Assembly (NCBI RefSeq): GCF_964204645.1
Contig: NC_134035.1
Span: forward strand, 1,054,001-1,118,000
Length of the DNA: 64,000 nt
Origin: Tubulanus polymorphus
Taxonomy: Eukaryota > Animalia > Nemertea
Direction of reading: 5' to 3'
The position numbers and the translations under genes are program-made. The notes under the pieces are model-generated. The model ran no database searches, was not told where the DNA came from, and was given only the letters and a program-made list of their open reading frames with translations. Below, in pieces: positions 16,254 to 30,449 of this stretch (positions are counted from its first letter, which is position 1; every line of letters begins with the position of its first letter).

Positions 16254-19200
16254 TTCTAGATGCCGTCAGTAGTTTTAGTTTTACAGTTTTTAGTTCAAAC
16301 AGATCTTTATCCCATCAGCAGCAAAGTCATCACATAGTTAGTCCTCGTGGACATAAAGTTCACTATAACTGAATTCAAGTTCTCCCAATATGTGTTCGTT
16401 TGTTTGTTTATCCTCCCGGTGAGTTCTAATGCTGCCAACACATATTTTATCCAGTTCATCTGATGTAGTCCTGATCATCAAACGCAAACTTCAATAATTC
16501 CATCCTAATGATGACAAACACCCTAAAAGATATAAATGAAACTTAATAGATTTGAGGCAACCAATCAGTTATACACAGTTTGAGTTAAGTCTAGTTACCG
16601 GTGTATCAGAGAAATGGCAATCTAAGGTAGGGGGCCAAGGGTCAAATATTTTTTGTCTCCAATTTCGATGAAATTCGGTATAGACATGTATTATGGGGTG
16701 CTGATCACAAATCTGAAAGAATTTTTCGGATTCCGTGGCCCAGAAATCCAGAAATTCGAATTTTTGGGGGACCCCTAAATATTCAAAAGGCCTTGGACCC
16801 CAGAGTTTTCAAAATATTCGAAATCTGATTGCAGATTTAGAATCAGCACCCCTGAAAATATACAGAACTAAAATTTCAAGCAAATCGAAGAGATTCGATT
16901 TTTTGGCCAAAAATGGCAAAAATCTAAGGTGTAAGTCCAGGAGTTTTTTTTCGGCGAAAAATTTTTTTTCTCTGATTCCTTCGAAATTTGGTAGGAATAT
17001 ATATTCTGAGGTGTAGATTCCGGATCCGCAATCAGATTTTGAATCGGAATTCATCTTCATGGGCAAATAAGGGTTTTAATGCCCAAAATATGCACCCGAA
17101 AAATGGGGTACAAAGTCAAAATTTTTTTTTGGCCCAATTTTAATAAAATTTTGTGCAGACATGTTTTTTGGGGTGCTGATTACAAATATGAGGTTAGATT
17201 TTGGATCTGAAGCTCGTAAAATGAAATATTCAGGATTTCGTGTTTCGACCCCCTTAATTTCGTCACAAATTTTGATGAAATTCGGTCCAAAAACGATTTT
17301 TATTCAATGATGTCAAATATTCAATTAATTTTTAAGGTAGAAATTGATTCTCTTACTAAAACCCTGGATTATAATTCCTGCAACACAATTACAGGCTGCT
17401 TCAAATAACCACATTGAAAATTCTTATGAAATGCAGTGTAAACAGTGTTTACAGATAAACTGCTTTCTCATAATTGTTTGGGAAACTTTTAAGAAATTCT
17501 ACTCACACTCACCAGCCCTTGTCTAGCAGCAATGGTAGTCCACCGAGTTCCACAAATCCACATACAGAGATCCACACCTCCTGGAGTCCACCACTGACTG
17601 TTTTTTTATGAGTATCAATCCACTTATTGTCCAGTTAGTTGACTAAATAGTCCAGTTAGTTCACATATAGTCTGGTTAGTTCACTAGTAGTCCAGTTAGT
17701 TCACTAGTAGTCCGGAAGAAGTTGACTGAAGAAGTAAAACTGTGATAAATTTCAGTTGAAGTCCACCACGTCCAGTATTCGTGATGAAGTTTACACCACA
17801 GCCCGACAGAGGAAAACCTGAAATATAAAATTGAAACCACATTAACAGGGAGACTGACTGAGAGGTTGAGGGAGGATGGGATGAGAGGTTGGGGAGGATG
17901 GGGTGATGAGGTTGGGGAGGATGGGGTGATGAGGTTGGGTAGGATGGGGTGAGAGGTTGGGGGAGGATGGGTAAGAGGTTGAGGGAGGATGAAGTGAGAG
18001 GTTGGGGTGAGGTTGAGGGAGGATGGGGTGAGAGGTTGGGGGTGGGATGAGAGGTTGGGGACAATGGGGTGATGAGGTTAAGGGAGGATGAGGTGAGAGG
18101 TTGGGGTGAGGTTGAGGGAGGATGGGGTGAGAGGTTGGGGCGAGGTTGAGGGAGGATGGGGTGATGAGGTTGGGGGAGGATGGGGTGATGAGGTTGGGAG
18201 GTTGGGGGAGGATGGGTGAGAGGTTGAGGGAGGATGAAGTGAGAGGTTGGGGTGAGGTTGAGGCAGGATGGGGTGAGAGGTTGAGGGAGGATGGGTGAAA
18301 AGTGATGCAAAACAGCACAATTACTCTGACATAGTAAAAGTTTTCAGCAGTTTTCAGTACGGCACTGGATTAACAGATTCTCGTTTTACACAAGAGCCCA
18401 GCCTGTGGCAGTGGGAGAAAGCTGGTGTAACTAACTGGTCGAGTCAGCTGGTCTTAACTTGCTGAACAAGATGTGGTGCTGGAGGAAGTTGAAGAACAGT
18501 TCATCAAGATTTGTGAAACTATCGCCTGCACCATGTGCAATGCAAGCGGCTAGGGTAGTGCGGCCCGTGTGTAGGCTAGAAAGTGGTTTTTGACACCGAG
18601 TGAGGTCCCTGTTAGTCTAGCACCTAGCCGTCGTTCCCCAAACAACCCGAAACCCGTAGTAACAACGACTGACTGATTCAAAATAAATTTAGTAGGTCCC
18701 TCACCTGCTCACTGACTGTGTCGTGACGTGTCGTGTCTGCGCCGAAGTCAACTGGAGTGAGGTCCCCCTGTGCGTCCCCGAGGACATGAAATATCACGAA
18801 TTCTTGTCTTTTTACCCAATATCAAATTCGTACATTTAAAATCATCGTGGCTTTAAAGTCTTTATCAATTGAAGGAAATGTTCACTGTAAATAAAGAATT
18901 AGCGATTGAATTGAGCCCGCTCCACAGTAAAAATAGCGCGATCAATTCAATCTCGACCGTCTAGTGCTGCCCCTATGTATAACGATAGCGTGGAAAGCGT
19001 GAACTAACATCATACTCGCTTGCCAGAGTCTTCGAACGGTAGTAGTGGACGAACTAATTACCGATTTGCGGGCCGGATTCAAGGGAAAATTCTCGAACTC
19101 TGAAAACTGCTCTGAAACGTTTGAACCAAACAAATTTTCTATAAAAGAATAAGCCTTAAAAGAGTAAATTTGAATCGGGGTATTTCTAGTATGGTCTGGG

Positions 19201-22200
19201 AGAGAGCGACAGGTGTTTGTATGTTCCCTGATTATTTGCGCCCAATTAGAATACATCGAAGAAAAAATATGGACATTTTGTCAATTCAGATGATAAATTA
19301 TCATTCAAAAATGTAAATGAATAAGTTATTCTGTATATAAATATTATATTAATTGATAAGTAAGTGAATTTTAGCTAAAAAGAATTAAATATGTTACCTA
19401 AAAAATAAGGAAATATCATGCAAAATTCAGAACGTATTCATAGTATCATATTTAATCAGAATTAGGCGCCACACTGGTCTGTATTGTACGTAATAAGGAA
19501 ATTTAAATTCCGGCGGTAAATATGCACTACTATTTTAGTTCACAGAAATTCCGCTATCGTAATTCATAGGGGCAGCACTGAACGGTAGATATCTAACTCA
19601 GCCTCGCAATCTTACTGTGGCATGCGAGTAATACAGATATTTTTCTTAGCCGAATTTCGTTCAATGTTTAATATGAGTCCATTGTATATGAATAATTCTA
19701 CTATTGTTTTAGGTCTTTCGAAGGGGATCATCTTTTTAAAACGAATTTCAAACTATTTTTGATAGAACTCTTTTGTCTGCGGAATGTACTAGTATCCGGT
19801 AAAGCGGTAGGCTCACATGCCAAAGGAAGAATTTCAAGCAAATTAAATATTATTCTCTAAAATAGTGCATTCAACTACCACTAATTCACTGTAACCAGAA
19901 AAAAATGCTCTGAAACTATTAAAGAAACAATTTTCTATGAAAGAATAAAGCTTAAGAGTAATTTGAATCGGGGATATTCCTAGCATCGTCTGGGAGAGAA
20001 CGACGGGTTCTAGATGCCAAGAGCATTTTTTTCAGTTGCCCCGTTTTTACTTCAAACACAACCAATCGGTAGTGTCACATATTTAGTCCTCGTGGACATA
20101 AAGTTCACTATAAGTGAAGTCAAGTTCTCCCAATATGTGTTCGTTTGTTTGTTTATCCTCTCGGTGACTTCTAAAGCTGCCCACACATATTTATCCAGTT
20201 CATCTGATGTAGGTCCTGATCAACAAACAAAAACGTCAATATATAGTTCCTAATGATGACAAACTCCTAAAAAAATATACACGAAACTTTATAGATTTGA
20301 GGCCACCAGTCAAACATACAGAGTTAGAGTTAAGTCTAATTACCGGTGTATCAGAGAAATGGCAATCTGAGGTAGGCTACTCAACAAAATGAGTGTCAGG
20401 GGTCGAATATCTTTTGTCTCCGATTTCGATGAAATTCAGTATAGACATGTATTATGGGGTGCTGATCACAAATCTGAAAGAATTTTTCGGGTCCGAGGCC
20501 CAGAAAATGAGAAATTCGAATTTTTGGGGGACCCCCTAAATTTTCAAAAGGCCTTGGACCCCAGAGTTTTTGAGATATTCGAAATCTGATTTCAGATTTG
20601 GAATCAGCACCCCTGAAAATATAGAGGACTTAAATTTTAAACAAATCGAAGAGATTCGATTTTTTGGCTAAAAATGGCAAAAATCTAAGGTGTTAGTCCA
20701 GGAGTTTTTTTTCGGCGAAAAATTTTTTTTCTCTGATTCCTTCGAAAATTAGTAGGAATATGTATTCTGAGGTGTAGATTCCGGATCCGTAATCAGATTT
20801 TGAATCGGAATTCATCTTCATGAGCAAATAAGGGTTTTAATGCCCAAAATATGCACCCCAAAAATGGGGTACAAAGTCAAAATTTTTTTTTGGCCCAATT
20901 TTAATGAAATTTTGTGCAGACATGTTTCTTGGGGTGCTGATTACAAATATGAGGTTAGATTTTGGATCTGAAGCTCGTAAAATGAAATATTCAGGATTTC
21001 GTGTTTCGACCCCCTTAATTTCGTCACAAATTTTGATGAAATTCGGTCCAAAAACGATTTTTATTCAATGATGTCAAATATTCAATTAATTTTTAAGGTA
21101 GAAATTGATGCTCTTACTAAAAACCCTGAATTATAATTCCTGCAACACAATTACAGGCTGCTTCAAATAACCACATTGACAATTCTTATGAAATGTAGTA
21201 AACAGAGTGAGTATCAATCCACTTATAGTCCGGTTAGTTGACTAAATAGTCCAGTTAGTTCACATATAGTCTGGTTAGTTCACTAGTAGTCCAGTTAGTT
21301 CACTAGTAGTGCGGAAGAAGTTGGCTGAAGAAGTAAAACTGTGATAAATTTCACTTGAAGTCCACCACATCCAGTATTCGTGATGAAGTTTACACCACAG
21401 CCCGACAGAGGAAAACCTGAAATACTAAAATTGAAATCGCATTAACAGGGAGACTGACTGAGAGGTCGGGGAGGATGGGATGAGAGGTTGGGGATAATGG
21501 GGTGATGAGGTTGGGTGAGATTGAGGGAGGATGGGGTTAGAGGTCGAGGGAGGATGGGGTGAGAGGTCGAGGGAGGATGGGGTGAGAGGTTGGGGACAAT
21601 GAAGTGATGAGGTTGGGCGGAGGATGAGGTGAGAGGTTGGGGTGAGGTTGAGGGAGGATGAGGTGATAGGATAGACGATGGGTGAAAAGGGAAGCAAAAC
21701 AGTACAATTACTCTGACATTGTAAAGGCTTAAGCAAAAGTTTTCAGTCACACTGGATTAACAGATTCTCGTTTAACACAAGAGCCTAGCCTGTGGCAGTG
21801 GGAGAAAGGCGTTGTAACTAACTGATCGAGTCAGGGCCGGGCCGGCTTCACTGTTGTGTCGTGACGTGTCTGCGTGCGAAGTCAACTGGAGTGAGGTCCC
21901 CCTGTGCGTCCCTGAGGACATGAAATATACCATATCATGAATGCTTATCTTTTTACCCAATATCAAATTCGTACATTTAAAATCATCGTGACTTTAAAGT
22001 CTTCATCAATTGAGGGAATAGTTCACTGTAAATAAAGAATTAGCGATTGAATTGAGCCCGCTCCACAGTAAAATTAGCGCGATCAATTCAATCGAATACG
22101 AATACGAATATTTACGAATACGAACTCGAACGTCTAGTGCTGCCCCTATGTATAACGATAGCGTGGAAAACGTGAACTAACATCATACTCGCTTGCCAGA

Positions 22201-23180
22201 GTCTTCGAAAGGCAGTAGTGGACGAACTAATTACCGATTTGCGGGCCGGATTCCGAGGAAAATTCTCAAACTCTGAAAACTGCTCTGAAACGTTTGAACC
22301 AAACAAATTTTCTATAAAAGAATAAGCCTTAAAAGAGTAAATTTGAATCGGGGTATTTCTGGTAGGGTCTGGGAGAGAGCGACAGGTGTTTGTATGTTCC
22401 CTGATTATTTGCGCCCAATTAGAATACATCGAAGAAAAAATATGGACATTTTGTCAATTCAGATGATAAATTATCATTCAAAAATGTAAATGAATAAGTT
22501 ATTCTGTATATAAATATTATATTAATTGATAAGTAAGTGAATTTTAGCTAAAAAGAATTAAATATGTTACCTAAAAAATAAGGAAATATCATACAAAATT
22601 CAGAACGTATTCATAGTATCATATTTAATCAGAATTAGACGACACACTGGTCTGTATTGTACGTAATAAGGAAATTTAAATTCCGGCGGTAAATATGCAC
22701 TACTATTTCAGTTCACAGAAATTCCGCTATCGTAATTCATAGGGGCAGCACTGTACAGTAGATATCTAACTCAGCCTCACTATCTTACAGTGGCATGCGA
22801 GTAATACAGATATTTTTCTTAGCCGAATTTCATTCATTATCTAATACGATTCCATTATATATGAATAATTCTACTATCGTTTAAGGCTTTTCGAAGGGGA
22901 TCATCTTTTCAAAACGAATTTCAAACCATTTTTGACAGAACTCTTTCGTCTGCGGAATGTACTAGTATCCGGTAATGCGGTAGGCTCACATGCCAAAGGA
23001 AGACTTTCAAGCAAATTAGATTTTATTCTCTAAAATAGTGCATTCAACTACCACTAGCACTGTAACCAGAACAAAAGCTCTGAAATTATTAAAGAAACAC
23101 TTTTCTATGAAAGAACGAGGCTTAAGAGTAAATTTGAATCGGGGTATTTCTAGTATGGTCGGGGAGAGAGCGACAGGCGT
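16254..23180. repeat. Composite tandem repeat array 2 (~2 units)
   Basis: Modules recur with a period of ~3.2-3.6 kb (GAGTATCAATCCACTT at ~17610 and ~21209; block D at 18910 and 22053). Confidence 0.9.
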
Positions 23181-23191
23181 TTTGACCCCAG

Positions 23192-23243
23192 TATCCTAGG
23201 TACTATATATAAAAAGTCTTTTTTATATATAGTACCGAGGATA
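23192..23243. repeat. 52-bp near-perfect palindrome
   Basis: TATCCTAGGTACTATATATAAAAA...TTTTTATATATAGTACCGAGGATA. Confidence 0.85.
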
Positions 23244-24460
23244 AAAAACCTGTTGTGTCAGGTCCCTGTGGCTAATACGGACCTGACAGTACGGTTTAGC
23301 TAAAGGAGCTAACGCGGTTGCGCGCGCGCGCGTATCGAACGAGATGGCGTTGTTTTAGTTGTCGCGTCAGGCGGTATCGTTTAGGTCATAGACGATCACG
23401 AATCTAAACCTGATCCAAAAACCGGTCATCAAGTGAGCACAGGCATTTATTGCTAACTATTTCATACATCTAACTATTTTTTTCTAATCGCACGGAACCA
23501 ACTGATCAGTATTTGCGTGTGTTTTGTTTGGTGTCATCGAGATGAAAATGTATTCTAAAATACAGTCTGTCGTTGGGTGGACCGAGGTGGAATAAATTGA
23601 ACAGGGCCGCGCGGAAAGCGATTGATGCCGGGATACTGTTCGTCTCGTCGGCTGGAAGCTGATTCCCGTGATTTCTTACCGGCAAGTGCGGCGGTTAATG
23701 GGTAAGAGCAAAGATAACTTCATTAAAAATACTCGGCTTGTTCACAATGCCGCTTCAAATTATGCTTGAATGTGCTACGTTCACGTCACAATCAATACAG
23801 CAGAACCCGGTTCATCTAAAACCAACAAGATTTATCTGGTTTTTTGGTAAATTCCTATTACAAGTAATTTTCTTGTATAGTTATGGACAAATGGACTGCA
23901 AATATCGTCCGGATTAGACCAAAATCCGGATTCAGCGGATTTGACTATATTACGAATGCTTTCCGATGGCATAAATCTGCTAACCCTGTAAATTGATGAT
24001 GGTTCATGCAATATTACGAATTTTGGTGAATACGTGAAGGGCCTAGCCATATATCTCCACAAATTATCATTACCAATTCTATATTTGTAGTACCCACGAT
24101 ATGAACGAAGCGAAAATGAATTTTAAAATCAGTGGTTTAAAAATATAATCGGGCATCGATATAACGACGCGTGGCGGAAACACGAAACTGAAAACTGCTA
24201 CAGATATAGGTGGTAATTACTGCGGGGAAGCTCGTTATTTTGTCATTTTAGAATCTCGTAAAATCGAACATTTTCACGATGGATCAGATATCGCTTGTCA
24301 CAAATAATCAGCGACTGAAAAATGTTGGATTCTGAAATTGCTGAGTGAAACAAATATTCGTATCACACACCTTAGTTAAAATCTCTCTCAACATCTTTGC
24401 CTGGCGTAGAGACTTTAGCGGTGAAATTGAACTGAGTGAAGGAATTTCAGTCATTGTATA

Positions 24461-27400
24461 ATGAAGTTGTTCGGTATGAAAGTGCTGTTTATAGCTTCGC
24501 TGATCGTCTGTCAAGTTCGCATCGCACGCAATGATCGCGCAGACTCTATCGAGGAATCGTCTGTGACGGTAACGGTAAGTTCGTCTTGTAACAACACGTG
24601 GTATCCCTTAGATTCTACGTCCGGTTACATCGTTTCACCGAATTATCCGTCGTTAACGCGCGGTGTTGAATGTCGTTGGTTCATCAACAGTTCTTCACCG
24701 GGAACTTTTCGCGTCCAAGTTTACTACAATATCGAGCCGTCAATATTCTGTAGCGACAACTACCTCCTCGTCTATGAGTTTGAATACAGATTCTGCGGTA
24801 ACGGAAAACATGAAGTTCGCCGTAACGATTCGATCTCGTTGATGTTTAAAAGTAACGTCGATGCTGCGCGGGGTAGTCGGGTTTATATCATATATCGTTA
24901 TGAACGAAGCCGATTGAGCATCAGACACAACTGTAGAAAATATAATCTTAAAATGAACGAATTACAAACATCTAACGGATATAAATTTAATTTAATATTT
25001 GGATTTTGTCAATTGTTTCTGGAATGGACCGGGATGCCTGATGGTTTAGCAATGAATTTGACGTTCATCAATTATCGCGTCTTCTCTAATTCTTACAAGA
25101 CCCCTTTTATGATTCATGACGGATGGAACAGCAGCAGTGAACCTATATTTCGTATACGAGAACAAACCGGACATCCACCTTCGTCATTCTATACTAAAAC
25201 AAACAAAGCTATTTTAGTAGCTCAAAAAATTTCATTAAAGTCACAGCTTTTGGTTCAGATATACAAAATATCAGATTGGAACTTCACTAATCCGTTGATT
25301 CAGATATCTAATAACGAGTCTGGAGTGCTCATTCCTGATGACAACAGTTTGCACGTAATAACTCGATCGAAACACTTATATTGCTGGTCTATCACAGTGC
25401 AGGTGTTACAGTACGTCGTCTTCAACTGGACACGTGATCTCGTCACATCAGGTGACGTCATTGGTGTATATAAACTAGAAGGGTTACGCGTTGTAGGAAC
25501 TGATATTTTACTCGGTTACAACTACCTGGAATCACTGAGTGTCAAATCTGACGGCTTTCTCGTCATATTGTGCGTCTTAAAGAGAATGCTTCATGACCAT
25601 TTGAATCTAAGAATATATCACCAAATGAAAATCCTATCGATGGCTGATATGAAGGTCAACAATCCTCCGGTGAGTAATGACTAGTTTTAAACCAATACCC
25701 ATAAAATCAATTAATATGTATCACTTTTGTCAAAAAAGTGTTGGCTACTTGACTTTTAGGTTACTGTGATGCGGTCATGGTATTTAACACCAATCACACT
25801 GTTCCCAAGTCGAAATACGATCGCAATGAACTATCGCATCACGAGATACGAGTTTAAATGGAAAGTTGATATCTATGAAGAGAATATGGAACTGACAGTT
25901 TTATCAGAGAATTGCGAGCGAGCTGGATTTTACATATTCGACGGTGGTAATTTCACGGCTAGACGATACGGTCCGTATTGTCCTCGTTTACAGATATACG
26001 ACCGTAATGTCGTCGGTCTGATTACATCAGGTGGATCGGTTACTGTAGTAGGATACGCTTATAGCTGGGACGATCAGTTGACAGTCGATAAGAAATCGTA
26101 TCTTAGATTTCGTCCTACCGACTGTGACGGGTATGTTTTAAAGGAAGGAGAACGTCAGATCAATATGACGTCACACTGTCTCGTGATTACACCCGAAAAC
26201 CGTCGCCTTCCTTTGAGAAACATTCATATATTATCAGAACACGAGTTTCAAATTGACCGATGTTTTCAGGACCATTCATATTTCGGATCATGCGATATGT
26301 ATCTGAGATTGAGTAGTCAGTTTCTCAATAACAGTCTCGTATTAAACACTGTGCAAATTCGATTCACTGATCTGTTCTGGAGGCATTTAATAATAGTTAA
26401 ACTAAGACGTGAATGTCAACGAGCCAAGAGACCCGAGAGAGAAGAACTTGCTAAGCCCCTATTTAAAGATGAATGCGGGTTGGTGCAATCACCGAACTAC
26501 CCAGGATCGTCTGAATATCAACATCAACCGTTATATTTCAATTTTGCCCAAGTTTCGAAACGTGAGACATTTCCATATTACCGATTTTTAATCAAATATA
26601 TCGGAAGGACACCCTGCACGAAATCATCTTCGAGAGACAAAGATCCTATTATTTACAAACAAACGATAACACATTCTAACGCCAAGAATCAACACGAATA
26701 CAAAATATGTGACAATACCGCGATACCGGAACTTGTATTCTACAGTTATATAGTCAGTGCACTTTGGTTTGAGGTGAAAAAACACATCCCTACATTTCAA
26801 ATACAATACACATTAAACCAGTCGTTACCGGTAAGACAGTTTGAAAAGATCTGTAAATCAGGATTTCTCGATTCTGGAATTTCATGCGTTAAGTACATTA
26901 GAGATGAAGGTCTGAATTGGGAGAATGCTGAATTGTACTGCAAACAGAAGTACGCGGGACATCTACTCAGTATCAACTCAGAACAGGAAATGATTTCTAT
27001 AAAAACGTTATTCGCGACAAAACTCCTACGGCCTGCGTATTCACAGAAAGCGCTCATAGTGATGATTGGATTAAAACTGCAGGTAAATTTGCAGCAAAAA
27101 CATCTTACCCAAGTTTTTAATCCTCCTTTCGAATGAACATTTCTAATTGTGGAATGAATGATGATTGTATGTATGCTTAATTTTCAATTCTATTCTATAG
27201 TCTGGTTCTGGTCATTACACGTGGACAGATGGAAAACCATTGAGCTACACAGAGTGGTATAAACCAACAAATAACGACACGATACTAGAAGTTATTCGAG
27301 GATTGATATCGCCTCTAAGAAAACAACCGATAAATGACGTCAATATGCCGTGTACGGCGATGATGCTGAATAATCCACGAGGATCAGCGAACTGGGTTCG

Positions 27401-30400
27401 ATTCCCCTGCGGAATCGAAGAGGTTCACACGAGTTTCATTTGCGAAACAGAAAGAATCGACATCGAAAATACGACGGGTACAGAATTAAATTCAACAAAC
27501 AACGACACATTCTTGATAACAGAAAATGCATTTCAAGAAATTAGTTTAAGTGGTTCGAGCTGTACGATTGGTTGGGTAAGCATAGATAAACAATGCTATC
27601 AAATAGTGACAGACTGGAACAAACGTCGAGGTTTAGATTTAAAAACAGCGACCGACATGTGTCATGACATCCGTGGTGAAATAGGTGTAATATCCAGTTA
27701 CACAGGAAAAGAAGCTACGACCTTAATACGAACACTTCAATATCAACATCAATATAGCTCTGTACTAACGATGAGTTCTAATGACAAACTGCTAGTTATA
27801 AATCCGATAATCACTAGAGATGAAATTACTCACATTAAATCAGTTAGATGGATGATGAAACAGTTTGATAATGTAACAGACACAGCGCATTCTGTTTTGT
27901 GTTTCTACAATGTAACTGGTGAAGAGTTGGCTTCTACAAGTGGTTGTAAATCGTGGCAGTTTAAGTGTAACGATCAAAGATGTATCAGCGAGCATCGCGT
28001 ATGTGATACCAGAAACGACTGTCAACACGGTGAAGATGAGCTCAATTGTACGGATATAAATTTACACAGTCAGTTTCGATGTTATGATGGTCAGGTCATA
28101 TCAATAAGTGGTTTCTGTGATTTCATGCAGGATTGTGTGGATGGTTCTGATGAGAACTCGTGTTTTCATCTACCCTGTTTGTCAGAACAATTTCGCTGTA
28201 AGAGTGGTCAATGTATCAGTAGGATTAAAAGATGCGACGGATTCACTAATTGTAAAGATGGATCTGATGAAATGGGATGCGATGCTCAAATGTGTCAGGG
28301 ATTCCTGTGTAACAGTGGAGACTGTATCGGTTCTCAGTTGTATCAGGATGGTGTTGTGGATTGTAGTGGAAGTCTTGAGGAAGATGAATTAGTAACAACT
28401 AATGTTACAGTGAATCCTGCAATTCATTGCAATAATGAAAACCACTGTACCACTAACTTCACAAATCTCTGCACAGAATCTGATGAACAAAGGTGTTCTT
28501 TCAATTCACCTCATTGTTATTCTAGACGTCACAGGTGTATCCTGGAAAGAATGACACATGGATACCCAGTTTGTAGAAATCTTGAGCACGTAGTACGGTG
28601 TGAAGAATTTGAATGTCCAGCTGGTACCGTAAAATGTCCAGCATCATACTGTATACCAATCAGACAGGTGTGTGATGGTCAATCGGATTGTCCCAATTCA
28701 GAAGATGAACAAAACTGCGAGGCATTTTCATGTCCTGGAACTTTTAAATGTGGTCATGAAAATCGATGTATTCCACAATTCGAAGTTTGTGATAGTGTTG
28801 TCAATTGTAAATATACAACTGATGACGAGGCTTTCTGTAACGTTACGTGTCCTAGGAGTTGTAAATGTCAAGGCCATTTGATCGACTGTGAAAATGCTGG
28901 TTTAACAAACATAAGTGATCTTTTCTCGGCATCAACTCGAGTTCTCATTTTGTCAAATAATGGATTTATTCTAAGTGAGTCGTCGTTTTCTTCATTTGTT
29001 TATCTTCGTACGCTCAACATCTCTTCTAATAAATTGTCTTATATTTTGCCAAACTCGTTCAAAAACCTGCATAATCTACATACATTAGACCTTACATATA
29101 ACAACATCACATCATTATCTGCGAATACATTCACCGGTTTGTATAGTTTGAAAGAGTTATCCATAACTGAAAATCCTCTACGTCATTTAGAACATGACAC
29201 CTTTCAAGATTTGAGGTCACTTAAATTTCTCGATCTTCGTGAACTTTCCTTGTTGGTGCTTGGAGGAAATGTATTTCGAGGTTTATCTACATTACAGTCG
29301 TTGGATATCAGCGGTAACAGAATCCATCATATTTCACGTTATGCATTTTTGGGGTTGACCGAACTTAAAAATCTCGATATAACCAACAACTCTAAATTCA
29401 TTTCCACAGAAAGAGGCGTTTTCGACAATCTGACATCGTTAATCTCCTTAACCTCTGATGCTTACAAGTTTTGCTGCATGGCTCCGAATGTTGACCAGTG
29501 TCTTCCCGAAGCTGATCAGTTTTCCTCCTGTTCTGATCTGATGGGTAACGCAGTCCTCAGAGCTATCATCTGGGTCATCTCCGCATTTAGTTTCTTTGCA
29601 AACGGTATTGTCATTCTATTTCGTTTTCGATCTGTTCGACTTTCATCATCCGAAAAACGTAACACTTCATCTGACATCCTAATAATAAATATCGCAGCCT
29701 GTGATTTTCTGATGTCGATTTATTTGTTTTTGATCGCGGGAGCAGATTACGTTTATAAAGGAGTTTATTTTCTTAATTCTGAAACTTGGACGGATAGTTC
29801 ATTGTGTAGTTTCGCTGGTGTTACGGTGACTCTTTCTTGCGAAGGCTCATTGACGTTTCTATTCATTTTAACACGTCATAGATTTTCAAATATCGTTAAT
29901 CCATTTTCAGGAAGCCCGATTACATCTCCGAAATACGTGTCAATTCTTTGCGGCGTATGTTGGTTATCAATAGGTACAATTTCCATAATACCGCTCTCAC
30001 AAATATCTTATTTCGGGGATAATTTCTACGGTACTGCTGGAGTTTGTTTACCTATGAATCTAATTACAATTGATGTCCACGCCTGGCAATATTCGTTAGC
30101 TATTTTTGCCGTGTTTAACTCCGTCATACTTGGAACGATAATGGCGACATATGCACAAATGTACAGACTCGTATCTGGAAGCAGGTCTGGTTCGGGTAGA
30201 GCTGATCCTACCGAACTGATTTTGGCACGCAGGAGTTTGGTGATAAATCTGTGTAATTTATTTTGCTGGCTACCGTTAATCATCGTTCAGTTTTGCGTCG
30301 TATTCGGGGTTCAAATACCGAATCAGGTGGCGGCTTGGCTGGCCGTCCTTTTCTTACCGATCAATTCGTCCCTCAATCCCCTTCTTTACACCATACTGAC

Positions 30401-30449
30401 TATCGATATGAAATCCATTCGAGCAAAAACTAAACGTTTTCGACATTAA
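24461..30449 (+). CDS. GRL101: GRL101-like LGR-family GPCR (signal peptide, CUB/CUB-like domains, 2 C-type lectin-like domains, ~7 LDLa, LRRNT plus LRRs, 7TM), ~1926 aa; exons 24461-25669, 25760-27082, 27201-30449
   Basis: CUB motifs SGYIVSPNYP, FCG and CGLVQSPNYP. CTL motifs WENAELYC...GHLLSI and WTDG. LDLa motifs CDG..CxDGSDE. LRRs. Hinge FCC...DQFSSCSDLM. TM7 PINSSLNPLLY. Two phase-0 GT-AG introns join the three long ORFs. Confidence 0.9.

Noticed and set aside
18942-19256. Recurrent 104-aa MYSNWAQ... ORF in five repeat copies
   Set aside because: No recognisable motif. It is deleted at its 5' end in two other copies, and persistence is explained by recent duplication.
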